DNA of 57,651 nt from an uncultured Verrucomicrobiota bacterium (GTDB lineage: Bacteria; Verrucomicrobiota; Kiritimatiellia; RFP12; UBA1067). The stretch is from assembly GCA_937901395.1 (NCBI GenBank), contig CALCDB010000017.1, positions 1-57,651 of the forward strand. Direction: 5' to 3'. Below the pieces are notes generated by a model. It was not told the origin of the DNA, made no database searches, and worked only from the letters and a program-made list of their open reading frames with translations. Shown in pieces: positions 8,306 through 15,866 of this stretch; the first letter of the stretch is position 1, and each line of letters opens with the position of its first letter. A program made the position numbers and the translations under genes.

Positions 8306-10024
8306 ATGAATATGACGAGCGATGATTTTGAGTTTGCTGTTTTAGCAAATATGGTCGACTACCCCGACAAAGCATTTACGGGGATTCGAGACATTGGTAT
8401 AGACGAAAGTTATTTTCATAACCCTGTCTATGTTAGCGCTTTCACCGAATTGATGCAAATTAGTGAAGAACCTGATAGAGATACGCGACGGAAAAAACTT
8501 TCTTCTGTTTTGCGTGATAAGTTCAACCCAGACGAGTTTCGTGATCGTTTCGCCTCGTTCGTCGCTAATCCTGCTAAGGTCAACTATTATCTGTGTGGCT
8601 TAGCCGAACAGGCAATTCGATACAATTGCAAAAAATCCATCAGCGAGGTGTTTAACAACGCATCACTGCAGAGCGACATGATTCCAGAATATGTCGCCAG
8701 TATCACCTCGGAGATGAATGCCCGACTCGATGCACTTAAGGCGTTTCGCAAATTGCCCGTCGAAAGCGACAAGAACGAAATTGACGGCACTAAGCCAATT
8801 CCCGAAGAGTTGCTTAACGCCCCTGGATTCATTGACGAGTACATAAAGTTCACCATGCGCACCGCTCAACGCCCCAATCGTGTGCTCGCATTCTCAGGCG
8901 CGCTTGCTATACTCTCAATTCTTACTGCTCGTAAGTATCAAAGTGTTCGTAAGGCAACGCCCAATCTCTATATCGTGGCGCTTGCTGAATCTGGGGTTGG
9001 CAAAGCTCATGCTCGCCATATCAACAAATCAATCGCTTCCGCTTGTAATATGTGCGATGCGATCGCTGATCGTATTGGCTCGGGGGAAGGACTTGAAGAT
9101 GCGCTTCGGCGCACACCAGCGATGCTCTTTCAAATTGATGAATTTGATACCTTGCTTAACGCAATGAAAAGTCCAAGCAACATCAGCGAGGGAATTTATA
9201 CCTATATTCTTAATCTATTTTCCGAAGCGCGTGAAGTTCATCACATTCGCAAGAAAGCAATGAGTGGCGAGCGAACAACCGCTCCAGACAAAATATATGC
9301 GCCCTCGGTTACAATCTACGCTACCGCTACCCCACAGCATTTCTACGACTCCCTTTCAAAGCGGGCGTTAGACAATGGTTTTATTGCCCGTTTGTTGATT
9401 TTCGAAGTCGGTAAGCGCGGAAAAATTGGCGACCTTACGGCAAGTGAAACTCTGCCATCTGAAATTTTGGAGCCGGCGCGAGTTTTCACCAATCGGCTTT
9501 GCCCCATTGACCAAATGCCAAATCCATACGTTGTGCCAGACGATGTCGGAGCCGATGGACGCGCTAAGGCCATTTCAGATGAAGCCGATGCGCTTTACGA
9601 TAAAAGCTGTGAACAACACGATGGCGCAGGTTTGGCGATATGGAATCGTGGGTTTGAGATGACGGATAAGCTTGCGCTTCTCTATGCATTGAGCGAAAAT
9701 CCTGCAATGCCGAAAATTACCGCAAAGGGACTTGATTGGGCGTGGAAAATTGTGCGCTACTGTTTTGAGCGTATGCTCGCGATGTCAAAGGAATACGTCT
9801 CAGCCGACCAGTATGATGCCGACGCAAATGCGGTATTGCGCAAGATTCGCTCTTATGGTGCAAAAGGCGTAATGCACAGCGAGATTTCGAGAGTATTGGG
9901 CTACACCTCAAAACGAATGGAATCTGCCATTAAGACGCTAATTGACCGTGAGTCGATTATTGTAACCTCGGGCAATCGAAATGCGAAAATTTATCGCATC
10001 AAGCAGAAAGGTAAGTTGAAATGA
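8306..10024 (+). CDS. replicative helicase-like protein: DnaB N-terminal-like domain + DUF3987-type P-loop NTPase + C-terminal wHTH-like tail
   Basis: N-terminus DFEFAVLANMV..YFHNPVYVSAFTELM resembles the DnaB N-domain. Walker A-like LAESGVGKAHA, Walker B-like LFQIDEFD, and NGFIARLLIFEV are present. The layout is typical of YfjI/P4-type mobile-element helicases. Confidence 0.65.
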   Translation: MNMTSDDFEFAVLANMVDYPDKAFTGIRDIGIDESYFHNPVYVSAFTELMQISEEPDRDTRRKKLSSVLRDKFNPDEFRDRFASFVANPAKVNYYLCGLAEQAIRYNCKKSISEVFNNASLQSDMIPEYVASITSEMNARLDALKAFRKLPVESDKNEIDGTKPIPEELLNAPGFIDEYIKFTMRTAQRPNRVLAFSGALAILSILTARKYQSVRKATPNLYIVALAESGVGKAHARHINKSIASACNMCDAIADRIGSGEGLEDALRRTPAMLFQIDEFDTLLNAMKSPSNISEGIYTYILNLFSEAREVHHIRKKAMSGERTTAPDKIYAPSVTIYATATPQHFYDSLSKRALDNGFIARLLIFEVGKRGKIGDLTASETLPSEILEPARVFTNRLCPIDQMPNPYVVPDDVGADGRAKAISDEADALYDKSCEQHDGAGLAIWNRGFEMTDKLALLYALSENPAMPKITAKGLDWAWKIVRYCFERMLAMSKEYVSADQYDADANAVLRKIRSYGAKGVMHSEISRVLGYTSKRMESAIKTLIDRESIIVTSGNRNAKIYRIKQKGKLK

Positions 10025-10659
10025 AAAACTATTTGGACTACGACGAAGACGCTGAACACGACAAGGCTCAACAAGCCCGCCACAAGGAATTCGTGGCTGG
10101 GTTAAGAAAGAGCATGAGTTTTGGACAGGATGACCCCAAGGAAATCATTCAGCGAGCGATGAAATTCTTACAAGATTGCACGACCGAACTCGATGAGGGC
10201 AAGGTGTCGACACTTGAATTTACAACTTGGGATACGATAAAATACATCCTTTCTTTTGATATGGAATACACCTATGCTGGCTTCGATAAGGATCAATGCC
10301 TTGGTGGAGATAAGCCAAAATTGTGCATTTTCGGGGCGAGTGATATGTTGAGCGAATCAGCCGATCAAGAGCGACTACGCAAATTGCTTAAAGCGTATCT
10401 TACCGCAGGGGCGGCACTATCAAGAAAAGCATCGTCTTCTGCCTATGAAGAGTGGATTAAGCTATTAATGGAACTTGAATTCACTGGTAGACACGGAATC
10501 TGCCAGTTTTCGCGAAAAGATGACGCAAATAAGTTCTTTAATCGTATGCGCGTTGCCTTAAAGCGTACTTGGGCGGATAACGAGGTTTATCAGCATATTT
10601 TGATTACAAGTAAACCCCCTACCCCCACACGGAAAAAGGGCCAAAAAAACGCGGTGTGA
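10021..10659 (+). CDS. hypothetical protein (island 1)
   Basis: 212-aa ORF with ATGA overlap to the helicase gene. No recognisable motifs. Confidence 0.55.
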   Translation: MKNYLDYDEDAEHDKAQQARHKEFVAGLRKSMSFGQDDPKEIIQRAMKFLQDCTTELDEGKVSTLEFTTWDTIKYILSFDMEYTYAGFDKDQCLGGDKPKLCIFGASDMLSESADQERLRKLLKAYLTAGAALSRKASSSAYEEWIKLLMELEFTGRHGICQFSRKDDANKFFNRMRVALKRTWADNEVYQHILITSKPPTPTRKKGQKNAV

Positions 10660-10666
10660 GGGGGGT

Positions 10667-10872
10667 GTACTTGTGGTCAAGGTAAAAAAGGTAGATAATT
10701 AATAATATATTTATTTATTATTACTATTATCATCAAATAACGCACTTTCTTGACCACAAGTTAATAGCAAGTAGATAACAAGTAGACCACAAGTAGCACT
10801 TGTTATCAAGCCCCATTTTTCGTCTAAAACCCCAATTTTCACTTGTGGTCTACTTGTGGTCTACTTGTGGTC
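10667..10872. other. origin-of-replication-like region: ACTTGTGGTC iterons flanking an AT-rich tract
   Basis: ACTTGTGGTC at 10669-10678. AT-rich tract at ~10693-10740. Inverted copies at 10750-10761 and 10783-10795. Three direct copies at exact 11-bp spacing (10841-10850, 10852-10861, 10863-10872). Confidence 0.6.
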
Positions 10873-11001
10873 ATTTTGCAAGATGTTTTGGTGTCTCAGA
10901 AGTAACATTTTTACTTTTAACCATTTGCAAAAAGTTTATCACGCAAAATTTACCTATAAAGAAAATTTGCGCAGAGATGTGGACACTACACGCCAATTTT
11001 T

Positions 11002-11010
11002 TGGTATAAT
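11002..11010 (+). promoter_or_regulatory. extended -10 element TGGTATAAT (island cassette copy 1)
   Basis: Lies 6 nt before ATG 11017. Part of a ~45-bp sequence repeated at 40458-40502. Confidence 0.55.
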
Positions 11011-11016
11011 ATAGCC

Positions 11017-11085
11017 ATGTCGTATGAAGAAGCGATAAAGAAAAATGAGTTATATTCCTCCATATACAATAAGCGAATATTATGA
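11017..11085 (+). CDS. putative leaderless mini-ORF (22 aa, MSYEEAIKKNELYSSIYNKRIL)
   Basis: ATG lies 6 nt after the -10 box. The first 9 codons are near-identical to the mini-ORF at 40476. Coding status unproven. Confidence 0.3.
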   Translation: MSYEEAIKKNELYSSIYNKRIL

Positions 11086-11157
11086 TACGATGAGAGCGTT
11101 TGATTGATGAGAAAAGGTATTGAATGAAGATGCTTGTGATAGTCGAAAGGGAATAAG

Positions 11158-11472
11158 ATGAGCATAGCGGTGTGTAAAAGCTGTGGATTGCAATTCTTCG
11201 TGGAAAATCATCCGTTGCCACGTGTTGAGCAATGTCCTCAATGTGGAGAAGCGGTGCTGCTGTCTAAAGACGAACATAGAGATAATGACGAGTCTTCATT
11301 CTGGCTCGGTGCACTTTTTGGAGGGTGGGGTGTGTTGTTTTCCGGTGCTGTAAAGGGCAAATCAGGAATCGATCATGCTCTTGGCGGCGTCTTTGTCGTG
11401 TGGTTGGGCCGTATTCTCGTAATGGCCATCTTGTTTCTGGTTGTTTTAATTGCCTTGTGGCTAAAGTTCTGA
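11158..11472 (+). CDS. small zinc-ribbon membrane protein
   Basis: CKSCG..x19..CPQCG zinc ribbon followed by two hydrophobic helices, with a GGGAA-type SD. Same architecture as 45104..45412. Confidence 0.6.
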   Translation: MSIAVCKSCGLQFFVENHPLPRVEQCPQCGEAVLLSKDEHRDNDESSFWLGALFGGWGVLFSGAVKGKSGIDHALGGVFVVWLGRILVMAILFLVVLIALWLKF

Positions 11473-11523
11473 TGACGAAAAGGAAAAAAGATGGAATGGC
11501 CCCGAAATAAGCGTTAAGATCCT

Positions 11524-11982
11524 ATGAAATGCGTATTCTCTCTACTGCTGATAGTCACCATTGGTTGTTGCTCGTCAACGGCTCTAGAACAGGGTTTGTG
11601 CAAAGGTGATAATTCGGCTATCAAATATTCCATTGGACAATTAGATGGTGTTATTGACGCAAAATCCGTCGATGAGATTTTAGCGATTTTAGGCCCACCT
11701 TCATATATCATTGGAAGTGGTATTGTACGGTACATATGGGCTTTTGATAATGGTGAGCGTTTGCAAGTGAATTGGCCTTATAGTAATGGAAGATGGCCAG
11801 CTGCAAATGTAATTCCTGCTTGGCATATCGATCCTCCAGTAATATCGCTAAAATCTAATGATAATAGTGTTGCAATTGTTAAAATCAATCATAAGCGACC
11901 AAATTTTACATATGTTGTTGAGTCTGATTCACCTTTTGTTGATGTTGAAGGCTGTTTGTTGCGGATAAAAGGGCACTTCTAG
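11524..11982 (+). CDS. putative lipoprotein (island 1)
   Basis: N-terminus MKCVFSLLLIVTIGCCSS is a signal peptide with a lipobox-like IGC. No other motifs. Confidence 0.55.
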   Translation: MKCVFSLLLIVTIGCCSSTALEQGLCKGDNSAIKYSIGQLDGVIDAKSVDEILAILGPPSYIIGSGIVRYIWAFDNGERLQVNWPYSNGRWPAANVIPAWHIDPPVISLKSNDNSVAIVKINHKRPNFTYVVESDSPFVDVEGCLLRIKGHF

Positions 11983-12317
11983 AATCTGGAGTCTCTACAA
12001 CAAATATTAACTGTAGACTTTGGGTGATTAGAGATGTTGATCCTTATCCAAAATGTTTCGATGTCAGAAACATACTTATAGATATTTCAGGCGATTTTGG
12101 AGACACATCCCCGAAATAACTAGAAAAAGTGAAGCCAAGATGAATACAATTGTAAGAATATTGCTTTTTGCTGGTTTGATGAATTTATTCGGGAAAAGGA
12201 GTGAAAAGTCTGTATGGTAAAGAAGGGTGTCCCCAATGGGATGTTGGAGAGGAGGAGGTTGAATTTGAAAAGATTGTGCAAGGGATGGAAAAGTTTTCAG
12301 ATTCGCGCAATGAATTA

Positions 12318-12326
12318 TGATATAAT
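12318..12326 (+). promoter_or_regulatory. extended -10 element TGATATAAT
   Basis: Lies 8 nt before ATG 12335. The TTG at 12332 listed in the ORF track is too close to the -10 box. Confidence 0.55.
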
Positions 12327-12334
12327 ATCGCTTG

Positions 12335-13411
12335 ATGACGTATGATGATTTGAGTTTAAGCGAGTTTCGTGGTTACTTTCAAGCGAAGGAGCCAGGAAAG
12401 CGCGAACGGGCGTTCGCGTGGTCTACGGCCATTGGATTACAAGATGTTGACGGACTTTCCGTCTCTCGGTATTTGGTTGAGACAGCTAAGGACCATATTG
12501 AGGGACGAATTACTCAATCCCAGGCGCGACGACGCATACACGACTATTACGAGGCGAAGAGCGAACAGCGTGCGCCAAATCTCGAGTTGCTTGAACCAGA
12601 TAAGGTGGCGGAGCGAATTGCAGCTGTCATCAATGATGGAGGGTTTGCCTTTACTCCGGAATATTTCATTTCACTCCACGCCAAATTATTCCGTGGAGTC
12701 TTATCATCGGCAGGGAAACTGCGGACACACAACATCCGCAAGCATGAGTGGGTATTGAAGAATGATTCGGTTATTTATGGCGACAAGGCGACGCTGAAGG
12801 CCTCGTTAGTGAGGAACTTCGCGGATGAACGTGAATACGATTACGGCGGTAAGTCGTTGGCAGAGATCATTCCGCATTTTACGCGCTTTATCGCACAGGT
12901 TTGGCAGGTGCATCCTTTCGGTGAAGGCAATACGCGCACGACTGCGGTCTTTGCCATCAAGTATCTGTGTGCACTTGGTTATCGCGTTGCAATCGACATA
13001 TTTCGAGATAACTCTTGGTATTTTCGTAATGCGCTTGTCAGAGCCAATTATGCCGATTATGCGCGGGGGGTGAAGCGAGATTGGGGGTATCTTGAATTGT
13101 TTTTCCGCAACTTGCTTTTGGGCGAAAAGAATGAGCTTAAGAACCGCTATTTGCTAATTGGCTTCAATCGTCCGAAGGAAGATGGCAAAGGTTGTCAGAA
13201 AAAGGTTGTCAGAAAAGGTTGTCAGAAAACGGTTGAACGCTTATTCGGTTTGCTTAAGGCACGTCCGCATTTGACGCAAATTGATATGGCTACGGCATTG
13301 GGGATTTCGCGTCAAGCGGTGCAGAAGCATCTCGCCAACTTGAAGGCCGCAGGGCGTATCCGCCGTGTGGGCCCCGACAAGGGTGGTCATTGGGAGACGA
13401 GGGTAATTTGA
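12335..13411 (+). CDS. Fic/DOC family protein with C-terminal winged-HTH
   Basis: Fic motif variant HPFGEGNTRTTAVF. C-terminal LTQIDMATALGISRQAVQKHLANLKAAGRIRRVG is HTH-like. Confidence 0.85.
   Translation: MTYDDLSLSEFRGYFQAKEPGKRERAFAWSTAIGLQDVDGLSVSRYLVETAKDHIEGRITQSQARRRIHDYYEAKSEQRAPNLELLEPDKVAERIAAVINDGGFAFTPEYFISLHAKLFRGVLSSAGKLRTHNIRKHEWVLKNDSVIYGDKATLKASLVRNFADEREYDYGGKSLAEIIPHFTRFIAQVWQVHPFGEGNTRTTAVFAIKYLCALGYRVAIDIFRDNSWYFRNALVRANYADYARGVKRDWGYLELFFRNLLLGEKNELKNRYLLIGFNRPKEDGKGCQKKVVRKGCQKTVERLFGLLKARPHLTQIDMATALGISRQAVQKHLANLKAAGRIRRVGPDKGGHWETRVI
13187..13229 (+). repeat. 3x tandem AAGGTTGTCAGAA repeat with 14- and 13-nt spacing, inside the Fic gene linker
   Basis: Core copies at 13188-13200, 13202-13214 and 13215-13227. 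They are read in different frames (KGCQK / KVVRK / GCQK). Confidence 0.9.
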
Positions 13412-13447
13412 GGGTTGGAATGGGTATGGACGATGTGAGTTAAAATG

Positions 13448-13456
13448 TGGTATAAT
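13448..13456 (+). promoter_or_regulatory. extended -10 element TGGTATAAT
   Basis: TGGTATAATATAGCCATG is identical over 18 nt to the island cassette promoters. Lies 6 nt before ATG 13463. Confidence 0.55.
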
Positions 13457-13462
13457 ATAGCC

Positions 13463-14272
13463 ATGATTACATTGATTATTGCTATTGTAGTTGCGGGGGG
13501 CGTTTTCGCTTCCACGCATTATGTTTTTGATTGGAGTCTCATCTGGAGCATCGTGATGGGAGTCGTCGGATTTGGCGTTTTTCAAGTGCTGATGAGCATC
13601 TTGATTCAACGTCGAGTAAAGGCGGATATGTTGCGAGTTCAGGATATCCTTATGGGCGGGCAAAAACGTTTGCAACAGAAGATGCAACGTTGGCAGATGC
13701 GTCCACCGGGTTCGCTTCAAGCGGCGCAAAAGGAGATTTTCGAAGATACGAAGTTGTTCGTGAAATCGGCATTGGAAGAGACGGAAAAGCTCAGCAAGTA
13801 CAGACTTTGGGTGCCGATGATGGAGAGGCAGATCGCGACGGCGAGGGTGCAGCTTAGTTGGATGATAAAAGATTTCAAGGCGGTTGATAACAACATGAAG
13901 AAGGCGTTGTTATTGGATCCAAGCATGGCGGCGATTAAGATGGCGCGTATGTATATGCTCGATGAGCCGATAGATGCGATTATGAAGGTGTATCACAAGG
14001 GCGTCGCGAGAGTTCGCTACAATGGGAATGTGCTTTTGGCCGCTACGATGAGTTGGATTCAAGTGCATAGAAATGATGCGGATGGCGCATTCAAGACATT
14101 GACGGAGGCGCTTAAGAAGAGCGACAACGCGACATTGAAGCAAAATCACGAGCATCTTATGAATAATCGAGTTGCGCACTTCTCCAATTCGGGCATTGGC
14201 GATCAATGGTATTCGCTATTATTGGAAGAGCCGAAAGTTCATGTGCAGCGTCAGAGGAGCGTTTATCGTTAA
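13463..14272 (+). CDS. membrane protein (two N-terminal TM helices, helical C-terminal domain)
   Basis: The ORF-track start at 13445 lies inside the -10 box, so the next in-frame ATG at 13463 (MITLIIAIVVAGG..) is preferred. Confidence 0.65.
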   Translation: MITLIIAIVVAGGVFASTHYVFDWSLIWSIVMGVVGFGVFQVLMSILIQRRVKADMLRVQDILMGGQKRLQQKMQRWQMRPPGSLQAAQKEIFEDTKLFVKSALEETEKLSKYRLWVPMMERQIATARVQLSWMIKDFKAVDNNMKKALLLDPSMAAIKMARMYMLDEPIDAIMKVYHKGVARVRYNGNVLLAATMSWIQVHRNDADGAFKTLTEALKKSDNATLKQNHEHLMNNRVAHFSNSGIGDQWYSLLLEEPKVHVQRQRSVYR

Positions 14273-15866
14273 GAAAGCCATAGTTTTGGCGGCGGGGTTG
14301 GGGACGAGATTGCGACCACTCACTTGCGCCGTGCCGAAGCCCCTGATGCCAATATGGGGCGAGCAGATGCTCGCGCGAATCGTGAGGATGCTTAGGGAAT
14401 GGGGAGTTGACGATATCGTAGTGAATTGTCATTATCTGCATGAGCAAATCGAGCGGTGGTGCGCGGAAAATGGATGTAAGGCGAGTTACGAGCCGACGAT
14501 TTTAGGTACGGGTGGGGTGCTTAATCCCTTGCGCGATTGGATTAAGGACGAACCATTTTATTTGGTGAATGGCGATATCGTAGTCGAAGGAGCGAAGAGG
14601 TTGGAGCTGCCGGCGGATGATAGCGTAATCGGGTGTTGTTTGGTATCGCAGATGGGGCCGCGCACAATTGAAGTCGAACCCGAATATGGGTATGTGACGA
14701 ATTGGCGAAGCGATGATGCGGGAATGGAAGGAACGTGGACGTATTGCGGGATTGCGGCATTAAAGCCAGCAATCCTTAATTATGTGGAGAGAGAGGGTGA
14801 AGCCAGCATCGTTAGCGCATACACGAAGGCAATGATGGATGGACGATTCATCAAGGCCATCGCTCCAGATGATTTATTATGGGAAGACGCTGGCAGCATT
14901 GAACGTTATATCGAGCTTAATCACGACGACAAGGACAATGCATTCGCGGATATACCAGCGTTGAAGGCGGCTGGCGCGACGGCATCGGTAGAGTTCATTG
15001 GCGCACGAGGAAGCGAGCGGGTGTTCTTCAAGGATGGCGATAAGGTGTTCATCATCTATGACGATGCGAAGCGAAAGGAAAATGCTCGTTATGCGGGGCA
15101 CGCGAGGTGGTTGAAAGCGAAGGGGATTCCGGTTCCATCGGTGATTGCCGAATTGCCGGAATGGAAGACGATAGTAATGGAGAATGCGGGTAGCGAGCGC
15201 AAGTTCTCGCTTGAAGAATATGTCAAGATAGTCGAGGGCTTGGTGAAATTCAACGCATTGGGAGCGGAGAAGGATATGCCTGAACTTGAGCCGCCCTTCG
15301 ATATGAAGATATGGACATGGGAACAGAATCTATTCGCGGAGTATTGCTTGCAGGGCAGATATTTTATGGAGATGCCAAAAGCGGTAAGCGACGAGTTGAA
15401 GAATGTCGCATCGCTGTTGGAGCGTGAACCCAAAGCGCTGGTGCATCGTGATTTTCAATCGACGAATGTGCTATGGAAGAATGGAGATTTTAACTTCATC
15501 GATTTTCAGGGGATGCGATTGGGTCCGGCAGCGTATGATCTGGCTTCGCTCGTATATGATCCATACGTGCGGTTTACGGAAGGCGAGCGGAGGGCGTTGA
15601 TTAAATTATACGCAAGAACCGCGGGGCGCGAAGAGATCGTTAACATTATGCCATACGCGGCGGTTGAGCGTTTGGTGCAGTGTTTGGGAGCATACGGGCG
15701 ATTAGCATCGGTAGGTCAAAATCAATTCGAGAAGTATGTATTGCCGGCATTGGAGAATTTGTTGGATGTAGCGGACAAGGCGAATCTTGATGCGTTAGGC
15801 GGATTAGCCGAAGATTTGATAGCGAAGGAATCGCCGCATCATTGTCACCATCATCACCACGAATGA
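14241..15866 (+). CDS. bifunctional MurU-like nucleotidyltransferase / AmgK-like sugar kinase (peptidoglycan recycling), His-rich C-terminus
   Basis: N-terminal KKAIVLAAGLGTRLRPLT is a nucleotidyltransferase signature. C-terminal LVHRDFQSTNVLW..FIDFQGMRLGPAAYDLASLVYDP is an APH-type kinase as in AmgK. The tail is SPHHCHHHHHE. The start is uncertain (14241 ATG preferred over 14172). Confidence 0.8.
   Translation: MCSVRGAFIVKKAIVLAAGLGTRLRPLTCAVPKPLMPIWGEQMLARIVRMLREWGVDDIVVNCHYLHEQIERWCAENGCKASYEPTILGTGGVLNPLRDWIKDEPFYLVNGDIVVEGAKRLELPADDSVIGCCLVSQMGPRTIEVEPEYGYVTNWRSDDAGMEGTWTYCGIAALKPAILNYVEREGEASIVSAYTKAMMDGRFIKAIAPDDLLWEDAGSIERYIELNHDDKDNAFADIPALKAAGATASVEFIGARGSERVFFKDGDKVFIIYDDAKRKENARYAGHARWLKAKGIPVPSVIAELPEWKTIVMENAGSERKFSLEEYVKIVEGLVKFNALGAEKDMPELEPPFDMKIWTWEQNLFAEYCLQGRYFMEMPKAVSDELKNVASLLEREPKALVHRDFQSTNVLWKNGDFNFIDFQGMRLGPAAYDLASLVYDPYVRFTEGERRALIKLYARTAGREEIVNIMPYAAVERLVQCLGAYGRLASVGQNQFEKYVLPALENLLDVADKANLDALGGLAEDLIAKESPHHCHHHHHE

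Larger units (their letters stand above)
7967..13447. mobile_element. genomic island 1: putative integrated replicon remnant (helicase + iteron origin + cargo), no integrase seen
   Basis: AT-richer stretch between the fadL-type gene and the murU-amgK operon. Contains tandem repeats, a DUF3987-type helicase, iterons with an AT-rich tract, and Fic cargo. Confidence 0.45.

Noticed and set aside
10800-11221. ORF-track ORFs 10800..11009 (+) and 10871..11221 (-) as genes
   Set aside because: They run through the iteron array and the promoter cassette. Their similarity to 40246..40602 (HTTWLYYTK) is explained by the shared non-coding DNA repeat read in an antisense frame.
11983-12331. ~350-bp gap in island 1, including a 26-codon hydrophobic ORF (12140..12220, MNTIVRILLFAGLMNLFGKRSEKSVW) and an open frame continuing past the lipoprotein stop
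   Set aside because: There is no promoter or SD signal and no recognisable motif. It may be a gene remnant or a small toxin-like peptide, but that cannot be supported from sequence alone.
12410-12440. Fic N-terminal segment WSTAIGLQDV as a degenerate inhibitory (S/T)xxxE(G/N) helix, implying a constitutively active Fic
   Set aside because: Both the Glu and the following G/N positions differ, so the alignment to the inhibitory motif is a guess. It needs a real alignment or structure.
14172-14240. Upstream extensions of ORF-track models (14172, 13445, 28013, 12332, 49509, 52239, 51056)
   Set aside because: The extensions overlap the preceding gene or the gene's own -10 box and add non-conserved residues. 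Internal starts give canonical N-termini (LAAGLGTR fold, TM helix, lipobox, MKTVYLDNNATT).
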